Program-made: the position numbers and the translations under genes
The notes under the pieces: model-generated
Told to the model about the DNA's origin: nothing
The model's database searches: none
Seen by the model: the letters and a program-made list of their open reading frames with translations, nothing else
Shown here: piece by piece, positions 1-7,538 of the stretch
Position numbering within the stretch: the stretch's first letter is position 1
Layout: every line of letters starts with the position of its first letter
Assembly: GCA_040754655.1 (NCBI GenBank)
Contig: JBFMCE010000077.1
Location: 1 to 19,039 of the forward strand
Direction of reading: 5' to 3'
Origin: Bdellovibrionota bacterium
GTDB lineage: Bacteria; Bdellovibrionota; UBA1018; UBA923
DNA length: 19,039 bases

Positions 1-3
1 TAA

Positions 4-60
4 GGGGAGGGCAGCGCCATTTTCGAAGTACTCGCTTTGCTGCTCTCGCCTGAGCTTTTT
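4..60 (+). terminator. Possible intrinsic terminator hairpin for an upstream + strand gene
   Basis: GAGGGCAGCG (7-16) can pair with TGCTGCTCTC (38-47) using two G-U pairs, and a T5 run follows at 56-60. The window begins with TAA, and the site lies just past the stop of the convergent gene at 69. The loop is large, so the call is weak. Confidence 0.3.
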
Positions 61-68
61 ACTTGGGC

Positions 69-866
69 TTATTCGTCGCCTACGCTAGCCGAAGACGTCC
101 CCGTCTTAGGAAGTTCTTGGGCTATGCTTGCGGTTTCAATAAGCTTCACTTGAGCCTTTCCTTCTTCCTCTGCTGCTGGTGCGACATTTTCCCTCGGAGT
201 CAAAGCGATCTTTATCGCCTCGATATCGCCAGACAAAATACGCATTGAAAGGTCAGCTTGTTCAAGAAGTCCAGGATGTTGTTTCATGGCATTGGCCTTT
301 TCAAGTTCTTCTTTGATAGCAGCTTCAATTTGTTCAGCCGATCGGGGTCTGCAAACACCGTTGTGATCACGCACGAATGATAACTTCATTTGCATGGTGG
401 CATCAATGTCTGGTCCGTAGCTTTTTCTTTCTAGTTCAGAGTTTATGTAGGTTTGTGCTTCTTTAGGGGTATCTATCAATTCTAAATTAGCTGGGACGTT
501 CTTTTCCTTGCTTGCATCGATAGGGGAACCCATTATCTTTTGTTCTAAATCCGGAAGATTGCTGGCGTCAAACAGCCCGACACGGATTACAGCTACAGCG
601 AGATTCGAGCGTAGAACGTCTCGATACTTCGCGAGCATGGGGTTGAGGATTTTCATTTGCTCCGTGAAGCAAGCCGCTTGTGCTTCATTGAACGCAATAG
701 GTTGATCTTGGTCAAGCGAAGAGCCGTTATGCTTTGCCGTAGTTCCATACATGTTGATTCCGAACGTCCCTGGGCTAAAGTGGCTCAGCTCCTTAGCGGA
801 AACGAGGGTCGAGCTCATCAAAGCAGTCGCGATAAAAGGGATCGTGAATTTAGAAATTGATCTCAT
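69..866 (-). CDS. Secreted hypothetical protein (265 aa, Sec signal peptide)
   Basis: Long ORF with GGAGG RBS (876-880, minus strand) 9 nt before the ATG. N-terminus MRSISKFTIPFIATALMSSTLVSA/KE resembles an SPI signal peptide. Two Cys and a low-complexity C-terminal tail. Confidence 0.85.
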   Translation of the reverse strand: MRSISKFTIPFIATALMSSTLVSAKELSHFSPGTFGINMYGTTAKHNGSSLDQDQPIAFNEAQAACFTEQMKILNPMLAKYRDVLRSNLAVAVIRVGLFDASNLPDLEQKIMGSPIDASKEKNVPANLELIDTPKEAQTYINSELERKSYGPDIDATMQMKLSFVRDHNGVCRPRSAEQIEAAIKEELEKANAMKQHPGLLEQADLSMRILSGDIEAIKIALTPRENVAPAAEEEGKAQVKLIETASIAQELPKTGTSSASVGDE

Positions 867-916
867 GGGCAGGGTCCTCCAACAACAAACAATAGTCTTC
901 TCTTGAGTTACGTTAG

Positions 917-932
917 TGCAACGCGTGTGCCG
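917..932 (-). promoter_or_regulatory. Sigma-54 (RpoN) -24/-12 promoter for the 69..866 gene
   Basis: Minus strand reads CGGCAC-ACGCG-TTGCA, i.e. GG-N10-GC, matching TGGCAC-N5-TTGCW with one mismatch, about 50 nt upstream of the ATG. Confidence 0.7.
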
Positions 933-995
933 CAGCAGTGCCTTGAATTATCTTGTGTAACTCTTTGAAAACCATGGATGCGGAATTAGGGGTTC

Positions 996-1012
996 TGTAA
1001 AGGTTTTAGACA
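996..1012. promoter_or_regulatory. Candidate enhancer-binding-protein site (TGT-N11-ACA)
   Basis: TGTAAAGGTTTTAGACA is an imperfect palindrome lying roughly midway between the two divergent sigma-54 promoters. Confidence 0.35.
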
Positions 1013-1085
1013 CTTGTACAAGCCTACTGTAGCTTGGGCAGCGCTGACTAAGGGGACTGGTATTGATTGGTAAATATATTCTATT

Positions 1086-1101
1086 TGGCACGTCCCTTGC
1101 T
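1086..1101 (+). promoter_or_regulatory. Sigma-54 (RpoN) -24/-12 promoter
   Basis: TGGCAC-GTCCC-TTGCT is a perfect match to TGGCAC-N5-TTGCW, preceded by an AT-rich tract and followed by an RBS and a small ORF. Confidence 0.8.
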
Positions 1102-1134
1102 CAATGGGCCCCGTACTTGAAAGGATGACAACCT

Positions 1135-1212
1135 ATGAGAATCGACTGGGAAGATGTTTTTTGGCTAACGGCCCTTGCAGTGACTATCGTTGCAGGTGCG
1201 GCGATCCATTAG
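1135..1212 (+). CDS. Small single-pass membrane peptide, 25 aa (MRIDWEDVFWLTALAVTIVAGAAIH)
   Basis: Translated by hand (below the ORF-track cutoff): ATG 1135 to TAG 1210-1212. AAGGA RBS at 1121-1125, directly downstream of a consensus sigma-54 promoter. Contains a 17-residue hydrophobic stretch. Confidence 0.6.
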   Translation: MRIDWEDVFWLTALAVTIVAGAAIH

Positions 1213-1222
1213 TTTTTTCGCC

Positions 1223-1366
1223 TTACTGACGTTCTGATCTGCGTCCACAATGAGTGTGACGGGCAAGCCACCTCAATTCAGGTTTTGAATAAACTTTCAG
1301 GGCGGCATCGCGATCGTAGCAAAACAACTCGTGCGCAATCGCGTAGTATTCGTATTCATTTTTCAT
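1223..1366 (-). CDS. Possible small hypothetical protein (47 aa, MKNEYEYYAIAHELFCYDRD...)
   Basis: Internal ATG of the 1223..1459 ORF with GGTGGAG 10 nt upstream. Fills an otherwise empty intergenic gap. No family recognised. Confidence 0.4.
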   Translation of the reverse strand: MKNEYEYYAIAHELFCYDRDAALKVYSKPELRWLARHTHCGRRSERQ

Positions 1367-1531
1367 AGAGTGGTCGCTCCACCAACGGAGATTGTCAGAG
1401 GTTTCGCCTCCTATGATTTGAAAAATACAGACACCGGACGTCGCTCTAAGAGACTTCATCGCAAACGGTTATGGCATTTCCCTAAGGCGGGGTATGGCCT
1501 TCGTCTTTGGGATTGTATAAATAAGTTTAAT

Positions 1532-2932
1532 TTATCTAGAGCAATGCCACGCCCACGGTATCGGATCGGGTGATTGCGGCAGCGGCTTGGGCCAGGGTTT
1601 GCATGTGAATCCAAGCTCTTCGAAAACGGTGAGTTTTTTCCAGTCGCTGGCGACTCCGATGCTGCGCAGCCCCTTGGTGTGAACTGCAAGGTTCGCGCGA
1701 TCAGTTTGGGTGGCTGCGCTGGGCACATGCCGAGGCAAGTAAAAGATCGCAGACCATTGGGGCGAGAGCATCTTTTCGATGCCTTCAATTTGGCCCGCTT
1801 TGTAAATCGCCTCGATCCGGTTCCACCAAGTGCGTTTCACTAGATAGGTGACCGTGTTTGAAGAAAGGTGCACGAAGAAGAGCGTCCCGGCCATGATCCA
1901 AACTGGCTTGGATAGCTTCTTGAGCAAGTCCCTTCCGTAGGCTAGCGTAGCGAATGCCGCGACTTGCCCCGTATAAACCAGCGGCGCGATAAATCTTTTT
2001 TCTTTATGTTCGACCGCGCAAAATACGGCGACAAAGAACGCATTCAAGAACCAGATCGCCCGCAAGGGTTCGGGAATTTTCTTCCAGACCCAGGGCAGAA
2101 GAAAGAATGAGAGAAGCGCCGGCACCCCAGTGATGTCAAAGTAGTAAAAGACATGGGTGTACCACGGGCTTACTCCCCACTGGTTTCCAATCTCTTCCAC
2201 CAAATTCACTCGCGCATGCCCTAGTACGCTGTGAAACCAGGTTCCCCAGGTGAGTTTATCCACCCAACCCACGGCTAAGATGAACGGAAGCACGCCTACC
2301 GCAAGATGAAGGGCTTCTTTGACCCCTGACCGAGCGAGCTGCCATATCCCAAACGCAAGTCCTGCAACAGCGACGTCAATCTTCAAGGCGAGCGCGCATC
2401 CAAAGAACGCGCCCGATAAAATATAGCCACGACTTTTCACCAAATAAGGCGCGGTGGCGCCGGCAAGCACGAAAAGCGCTCCGGCCATTTCACCATGCGT
2501 GTGAAAGCCGCAGTAAATCGAGTAGGGCCATAGAGCCACAAGCCAGGCCGCCAGGCCTGCGAACATCAGATCTTCTTTGTGTCTGCCTTGCGTGAGCAAA
2601 CCCCGAATCGAGGCGAAGACCAGCGGAACTGAGAGCGAGGAAAGCGCTCCATGCCAAGAGCGTACGAAGGCATTGATCCAAATGGGTTCCTTGATTCCGA
2701 TGAGCTCAGCCAGACGCATCGGCAGAGAGACCAACCCCGGATAAATCCACGAACGCAGGCCTTCTTTCCATTCAGTGGCCTGCGACCAAAAACCATTCAC
2801 TAGAAAGTTCGCGGGCTCGATGACCTGCCAATGCTCATCCATGTAGCGAAACCCATGCGCGTACCAAGGTATGAGCACACGAATCGCGAGTCCCACCACG
2901 AATGCCAGTCGCCAGTTTAAAAGTATGCGCAT
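1532..2932 (-). CDS. PIG-B/Alg9-like (GT22, GT-C fold) polyprenol-phosphate-sugar-dependent glycosyltransferase, probably a mannosyltransferase
   Basis: Multi-TM protein. Motifs DEHWQVIEPA, EWKEGLRSWIYP, WGVSPWY and HKEKRFI parallel the PIG-B motifs DEyWQslE, WEW..glRSy.yP, yG.hPWhwY and HKEfRFi. Confidence 0.8.
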   Translation of the reverse strand: MRILLNWRLAFVVGLAIRVLIPWYAHGFRYMDEHWQVIEPANFLVNGFWSQATEWKEGLRSWIYPGLVSLPMRLAELIGIKEPIWINAFVRSWHGALSSLSVPLVFASIRGLLTQGRHKEDLMFAGLAAWLVALWPYSIYCGFHTHGEMAGALFVLAGATAPYLVKSRGYILSGAFFGCALALKIDVAVAGLAFGIWQLARSGVKEALHLAVGVLPFILAVGWVDKLTWGTWFHSVLGHARVNLVEEIGNQWGVSPWYTHVFYYFDITGVPALLSFFLLPWVWKKIPEPLRAIWFLNAFFVAVFCAVEHKEKRFIAPLVYTGQVAAFATLAYGRDLLKKLSKPVWIMAGTLFFVHLSSNTVTYLVKRTWWNRIEAIYKAGQIEGIEKMLSPQWSAIFYLPRHVPSAATQTDRANLAVHTKGLRSIGVASDWKKLTVFEELGFTCKPWPKPLPQSPDPIPWAWHCSR

Positions 2933-2993
2933 GTTTTTAGATCTTAGACATTTTTAGTTGGCGAAAAAAGTGATTTATGGTGAATCTCAAGAC

Positions 2994-4076
2994 ATGGAGT
3001 TGATTTTCAGGCAGTTTCGTTCAGAAGGAGGGTGCAATTCGTTCATCTTTGCTGACGCAAAGACGCGACAAGCATGCATCATTGATCCGCGGGCCGATGA
3101 GGTTGACAGTTACGAATCTTTCGTCCATTCACGCAAGCTCGATGTTCGTTATGCGATCGATACTCATACCCATGCCGATCATTACTCGGGAACTCATCTT
3201 ATCGCAGATCGGTTGGGAGCGGCGATCGTGATGAGTGCTCAGACCAAGAGCGCAAGGCCTTCTCTGAAATTGAAAGACGGTCAGACCCTTGAGCTTAGCA
3301 GCGGATTTGCTATTGAAGCGCTTTATACGCCCGGACATACGCCCGATAGCGTTTCCTTCTTGTTTCGCGGCGATTGGGGAAGCGCCGTCTTCACTGGTGA
3401 CACTCTCTTTATCGGCAGCAGCGGCCGCACCGATTTTCCTGAAGCCGATGCGAGTGAGCAGTACGAGAGCATCTATAATCGCTTGGGAAAGCTTGAAGAT
3501 TCGACTTGGGTCTTGCCGGGCCATGATTATTCAAATCTTCTCTTCTCGACCATCGGATGCGAGAAGAAGACCAACCCGCATTATTTATTCGCAGACAAGG
3601 AAGCGTTCGTCCGCATGAAAAAGACCGAAGCGCTAGAGGTCTCGGGAGTGGTGCCGCATATTGTTGAGTTTAATTTGCACTCTAAGCCGTCAAACCGCCC
3701 TCGGTCGGGTGCTCATACGATGTGCTCAAGCGGTTGCGTGGCCGCTGATGCTACCATGGCAAGGAATTCGGTGGCCGAATTTAGCGAAGCGCTTCGGGCT
3801 GAGAAGAACAGGGGCGCGCTTTTCTTGGATGTGCGTGAGCCCGAAGAACTGAAGATGGGTTTTATTCCGGGCACTGAGAACCTTCCGCTGAGCGAGCTTT
3901 TCATGCATTGGCGTGAACTTCAGTCCGCAAGCAAGGTCTACATCACATGTCAGCGCGGAAATCGAAGTCAGTTTGCCGCTCAAACTTTGATGCGTTTGGG
4001 CTTAAGGCATGTCGTGAATGTGGATGGCGGTTTTCTCGCATGGGCCGCGGCGCAGTTGCCAATTCAGCGCTCTTGA
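2994..4076 (+). CDS. MBL-fold persulfide dioxygenase (ETHE1-like) fused to a C-terminal rhodanese domain
   Basis: IFRQF N-terminus, THTHADH metal motif, TPGHT, FTGDTLFIGSSGRTDF, LPGHDY and STIGCEKKTNP. Rhodanese part has LDVREPEE and the active-site loop CQRGNRS. ATG 2994 preferred over TTG 2958. Confidence 0.88.
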   Translation: MELIFRQFRSEGGCNSFIFADAKTRQACIIDPRADEVDSYESFVHSRKLDVRYAIDTHTHADHYSGTHLIADRLGAAIVMSAQTKSARPSLKLKDGQTLELSSGFAIEALYTPGHTPDSVSFLFRGDWGSAVFTGDTLFIGSSGRTDFPEADASEQYESIYNRLGKLEDSTWVLPGHDYSNLLFSTIGCEKKTNPHYLFADKEAFVRMKKTEALEVSGVVPHIVEFNLHSKPSNRPRSGAHTMCSSGCVAADATMARNSVAEFSEALRAEKNRGALFLDVREPEELKMGFIPGTENLPLSELFMHWRELQSASKVYITCQRGNRSQFAAQTLMRLGLRHVVNVDGGFLAWAAAQLPIQRS

Positions 4077-4567
4077 ATGATGCCGTCGATCACTTGAGGC
4101 TGCTCTTCTTTCGGTTTTTGGTACTGGATGCTGCGAGCGCCTTCAGGCCCTAGCATTGGGCCCGTGGTTGCATTGATGTTGCGGTCTTGGATCTTCCTTG
4201 CGCCGTCTGGAGTTGTTGCCGCAGGTTCGCGACTTTTGGCGTCGTTTGATTTGTTGCCCAAGAGTTTGTTCAAACTCTTTTTCACACCGCCATAGGCAGC
4301 CTTGATCGCGCTTTTCCAATTCCGAAGGTGCCCTGCGTGCTCGGCATCCAAGGCCCGCCTTGCGGGCCCAAAATGTTTTTGGTTGATTTGAGCGATTTGC
4401 TCTGAAGTGGCATTGACCCCAAGTTGCTTGATCTCTTCGTATTGGGCTTGGTTGGCTTCAGCCAGAGTTCTAAGGGCGCTTTCGGCCCGTGCAGCATGGG
4501 TGAGTAGGTTTAAACCGAACAAGAGTAGTAAAAAAAACGTTACATTTCGTATACTTAAATAAGGCAT
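4064..4567 (-). CDS. Secreted hypothetical protein (167 aa)
   Basis: ATG at 4567 gives MPYLSIRNVTFFLLLLFGLNLLTHAARA/ES, a signal peptide with an AxA cleavage site. The longer TTG start at 4633 coincides with the predicted promoter. The 3' end overlaps the convergent gene by 13 bp. Confidence 0.75.
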   Translation of the reverse strand: MPYLSIRNVTFFLLLLFGLNLLTHAARAESALRTLAEANQAQYEEIKQLGVNATSEQIAQINQKHFGPARRALDAEHAGHLRNWKSAIKAAYGGVKKSLNKLLGNKSNDAKSREPAATTPDGARKIQDRNINATTGPMLGPEGARSIQYQKPKEEQPQVIDGIIQER

Positions 4568-4604
4568 TTGAGGCGCCCCCAGCGCACTTATACTTGACTT
4601 TTTT

Positions 4605-4633
4605 ATTCTATAGTTAAATGGTACACTTTGCAA
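4605..4633 (-). promoter_or_regulatory. Sigma-70-type promoter for the 4064..4567 gene
   Basis: Minus strand reads TTGCAA (-35), 17 nt spacer, TAGAAT (-10). An extended -10-like TGgTACACT (4619-4627) on the plus strand could drive the divergent 913-aa gene. Confidence 0.6.
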
Positions 4634-4663
4634 AGGGATTTCTTTTAGTGGGGGATTTGAGAA

Positions 4664-7405
4664 ATGATCGCATCTGTTTTTGCCCTGGCTTTGGCTAAGG
4701 TCAACTCATCAATACTTCGGCTTTGCATGGCGGTGGTGGTGTTTTCGATCGCCCTACCGGCATGGTCACAACATAAAACAAACCGGCGCTCCGCGCTTGA
4801 GAACTTGAGTCGATACGAAAAAGTGGGTGCCGAGGCGACTCCTCCGCCCAACGTGAATTTCGACAATGAGGCCGCGAAGGCGGAAGCGGGTTTCCCTCAT
4901 GTCGATCCCAAATCTGTGACTTCGGTTGACGTGAAATGCCGAGAAGAAGGGCCTGTGATCATGGGCAATCACCCCTGCCGAGACAAAGGAGCAACACCAG
5001 GCTATTTGAGCCGAGTTGAGAAATTCGTCAAAGAAGCGTTGGCCATCGAAAATTACAATTATTACATCGGATCAACCACGAACTTCGCCACTGGTATTGG
5101 GTCTCTCAGCGCAACCCCCGTGTGCAATATCAGTCAGGGCGAAGAGCACCGCAATCTACTGCCCAAAAACTCGGGCTGCGGCAAGTGGTGCAATGTTCGC
5201 GTTGAGACCTCGTCGATATTGGGTTTGGTGACCGTTGGCGGAGACCTCTTTGTCGACGATAAGAATGGCGGCTGCAGCCGGGAATACGGTTGGTTTCGCG
5301 GCGCCTTCGTTCAGGTCATGAACTACTACAAAGAGAAAGTCTTCGCTGAGTTCAGGAACAAGAAGGTTCAATTGGTCGATATTGAAGGAGTGAAGCCTTG
5401 CGCTGGCATCGCAGCTGATGTGATCAGGGCCCAAGCTGCCACCGATAACGCGCTTGAAAGAGTGGTTGCGGTGCAAGGAATTGAGCGGGCCGCGGCGGCA
5501 AGTTGCCCGCATCTTGAGAAGAGCCGAGGTCTCGCTAGCCTTGGCAAGAAGACCCCATTTGAAAATGAACTGAACTCACATGGGGCGTGCTTCATGGGGA
5601 TGGCGCAGCTGCGATTGGCCTCATTGTGGTCTGGATTTCTGGGATGCGAAATCCGTTGGCGGGCTTCGAGGGACTTCGAGCAAGAGTTCGGATCAATTCA
5701 ACAATGGGTCAATGAGACGAAAGTCGCGATTTCAGATCGCTGCAAGAGTTTCGCGAGCAGTTGCGAGAAGGGAAATGGGGATTCGGCCCTTGCCGGCAAC
5801 CAAAGTTGCGATGACAAGATGCGTACTCGTCTTTTTATGCAATGCTATCAAAAAGAAGTCCCGCTCTATCTCAAAAATAAACTGCAGAGATATAATACCT
5901 CGACGCCAGCGGAGTTTCCGCAAGATTTCTCGAAAAATGACGAGCCCACGGGTGATTTTGGGATTTCATTTGCGGCGTTGAATGTCAAAGCGCTTTTATC
6001 TGCGATGAGTCGCAGGCGGCGAAATCGAAAGCTCGGCAGAGCATTGGTTGCATTGGTCGCGATGGCGCTCGCGTTTTCAGGGTGCAGCGGCGATGACCCT
6101 GAGATCGCCTGTCAGCCCTGCAATCCGTCGCTGGGAAGTCAGCAAACAGGTTGTATTTATCAGGCGTGCATGCAAACGATGTACTTCTGCCTGCAGTTTG
6201 ACCGCATCACCAGGAAAGAGTCGAAGACGAACGTCGTTGATCCGAACGTGGTTCTTGACCGCGAGTTCGGCGAGAACGCGACCAATACGATTTGCATCAC
6301 GGCCAAAGATCAAAAGTCTGACGTCTTGACGATGGGCAAACTCAGGGAGGAAAAGTTCCAGGCCGAGATACAAGAAGCGTACCGGACTTCGTTCAATGCG
6401 ACTACCCGCACCTACGATTGCGGAGACGATTGTCTCTCAAGCCTTGATCCGAACAATGCGCAGGCTCAGGCTAGAAAAACTTGGGAAGCCTTTTTAGAGA
6501 CCCATAAGCTAAAAGCAGAATCCATTTTCAAGGCCGCGGGTGACTGCCGAGAAATCGGGGGATTGAGCCGAACCGAGGACGATCTCGAAAAATACGCTGA
6601 AACAAGCGGTAGCGCGAGCAATAACGTCAGCCGTTTGAATTCTCATGACATCGCGGCCCTTCAAAAGGTGGTCGGACAGCTTGGGGTTGACGCGGGCGGG
6701 TTCGGTGCTGGGGCGAACTGCCCTCAAACTCCCGGAACAACCAATATCGATGGCAGGGGGGGTGTTACCCTCGATGAGCTTGCAGGAGATTTAGCGGGCC
6801 TCAATCGTGTGCTGGGAGGAGAGAACCTTGAAATCGATGAACATAAACCTTCGCTCGCTGGCGGAAAAGGAGGCGGTAGCTCGACCGCCGCTGATCGCGG
6901 AGGAAGCCCTAATAAACCTTCATTGAGTTCGGTGTCTCGCGCCCCAGGCTCGCAGTCAGGGTTGCCCACGGTGGCGCTCACAGGCTCTTCGGCAAGTCAG
7001 GGAGGGGCGCAAGGTATGCCACAATTCAAGGGCCTGGAGGGAGGCGGCAAGCAGGCGGGTCTGGAAGGATCGCCCGCTTTAGGTGAGCATCAAGCGGGAA
7101 CTCTCACCGCCGGAACGGCGTTCGGAGAGTCAGCCGCCGGTGGGGGCGGAGGGGCGCAGTCTAAATCATTTTCATTTGGATCGCAGCCAGACCCTTCAAT
7201 CAACGGAGGTGGCGCCACCGACGTTAAACTCGGCGGCGCGTCTGGCCCTGGCTCAGTGTTTTTGGGCGGAGTCGACCTCGATTCCTATTTCGCCCGTGTC
7301 GGAAAGACTTCTCTCTTCGAAGTGGTGAATAAGCGAATGAACAAGTGGGGAAACGAGATCGAAGTCGAGAGGCAAAAGGGCGAATTCCGCAGGTTATCGC
7401 GATGA
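4664..7405 (+). CDS. Large Cys-rich exported hypothetical protein (913 aa) with an internal lipoprotein signal peptide and a Gly/Ser-rich C-terminal linker
   Basis: GGGGA-type RBS. N-terminal signal (..MAVVVFSIALPAWS/Q), a 14-Cys domain, internal MSRRRRNRKLGRALVALVAMALAFSG/C, a 10-Cys domain, a Gly-rich tract and a short helical C-terminal motif. Confidence 0.85.
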   Translation: MIASVFALALAKVNSSILRLCMAVVVFSIALPAWSQHKTNRRSALENLSRYEKVGAEATPPPNVNFDNEAAKAEAGFPHVDPKSVTSVDVKCREEGPVIMGNHPCRDKGATPGYLSRVEKFVKEALAIENYNYYIGSTTNFATGIGSLSATPVCNISQGEEHRNLLPKNSGCGKWCNVRVETSSILGLVTVGGDLFVDDKNGGCSREYGWFRGAFVQVMNYYKEKVFAEFRNKKVQLVDIEGVKPCAGIAADVIRAQAATDNALERVVAVQGIERAAAASCPHLEKSRGLASLGKKTPFENELNSHGACFMGMAQLRLASLWSGFLGCEIRWRASRDFEQEFGSIQQWVNETKVAISDRCKSFASSCEKGNGDSALAGNQSCDDKMRTRLFMQCYQKEVPLYLKNKLQRYNTSTPAEFPQDFSKNDEPTGDFGISFAALNVKALLSAMSRRRRNRKLGRALVALVAMALAFSGCSGDDPEIACQPCNPSLGSQQTGCIYQACMQTMYFCLQFDRITRKESKTNVVDPNVVLDREFGENATNTICITAKDQKSDVLTMGKLREEKFQAEIQEAYRTSFNATTRTYDCGDDCLSSLDPNNAQAQARKTWEAFLETHKLKAESIFKAAGDCREIGGLSRTEDDLEKYAETSGSASNNVSRLNSHDIAALQKVVGQLGVDAGGFGAGANCPQTPGTTNIDGRGGVTLDELAGDLAGLNRVLGGENLEIDEHKPSLAGGKGGGSSTAADRGGSPNKPSLSSVSRAPGSQSGLPTVALTGSSASQGGAQGMPQFKGLEGGGKQAGLEGSPALGEHQAGTLTAGTAFGESAAGGGGGAQSKSFSFGSQPDPSINGGGATDVKLGGASGPGSVFLGGVDLDSYFARVGKTSLFEVVNKRMNKWGNEIEVERQKGEFRRLSR

Positions 7406-7538
7406 TTTTTGGGCGCGTTGCCTCGATTTTTTTTGCGCCGCACATAAACTTTGGCGGTTTACTAATAGTAAGTCTACTCAATCGTAAGTGACTTATTTTG
7501 ATTCATGATGCGGTAAATAAATTTAGTTTTTGATGCAA

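Noticed and set aside
99..113. LPKTG (LPxTG sortase-like motif) near the C-terminus of the 265-aa secreted protein
   Set aside because: Only 9 mostly small or polar residues follow, with no TM helix or basic tail, and the LPS-type GT9 gene indicates a diderm. Likely chance.
1331..1843. ORFs 1331..1573 (+), 1456..1788 (-) and 1574..1843 (+)
   Set aside because: They overlap the GT22 gene or the better-supported small ORF, and show no evident RBS or recognisable motifs.
2958..2993. Longer TTG start for the persulfide dioxygenase
   Set aside because: It would leave only 25 bp to the divergent gene, and family similarity begins at MELIFRQF.
6851..7270. Gly-rich tract as a DNA tandem repeat or collagen-like repeat
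   Set aside because: No periodic nucleotide unit or sustained Gly-X-Y register. It is protein low complexity only.
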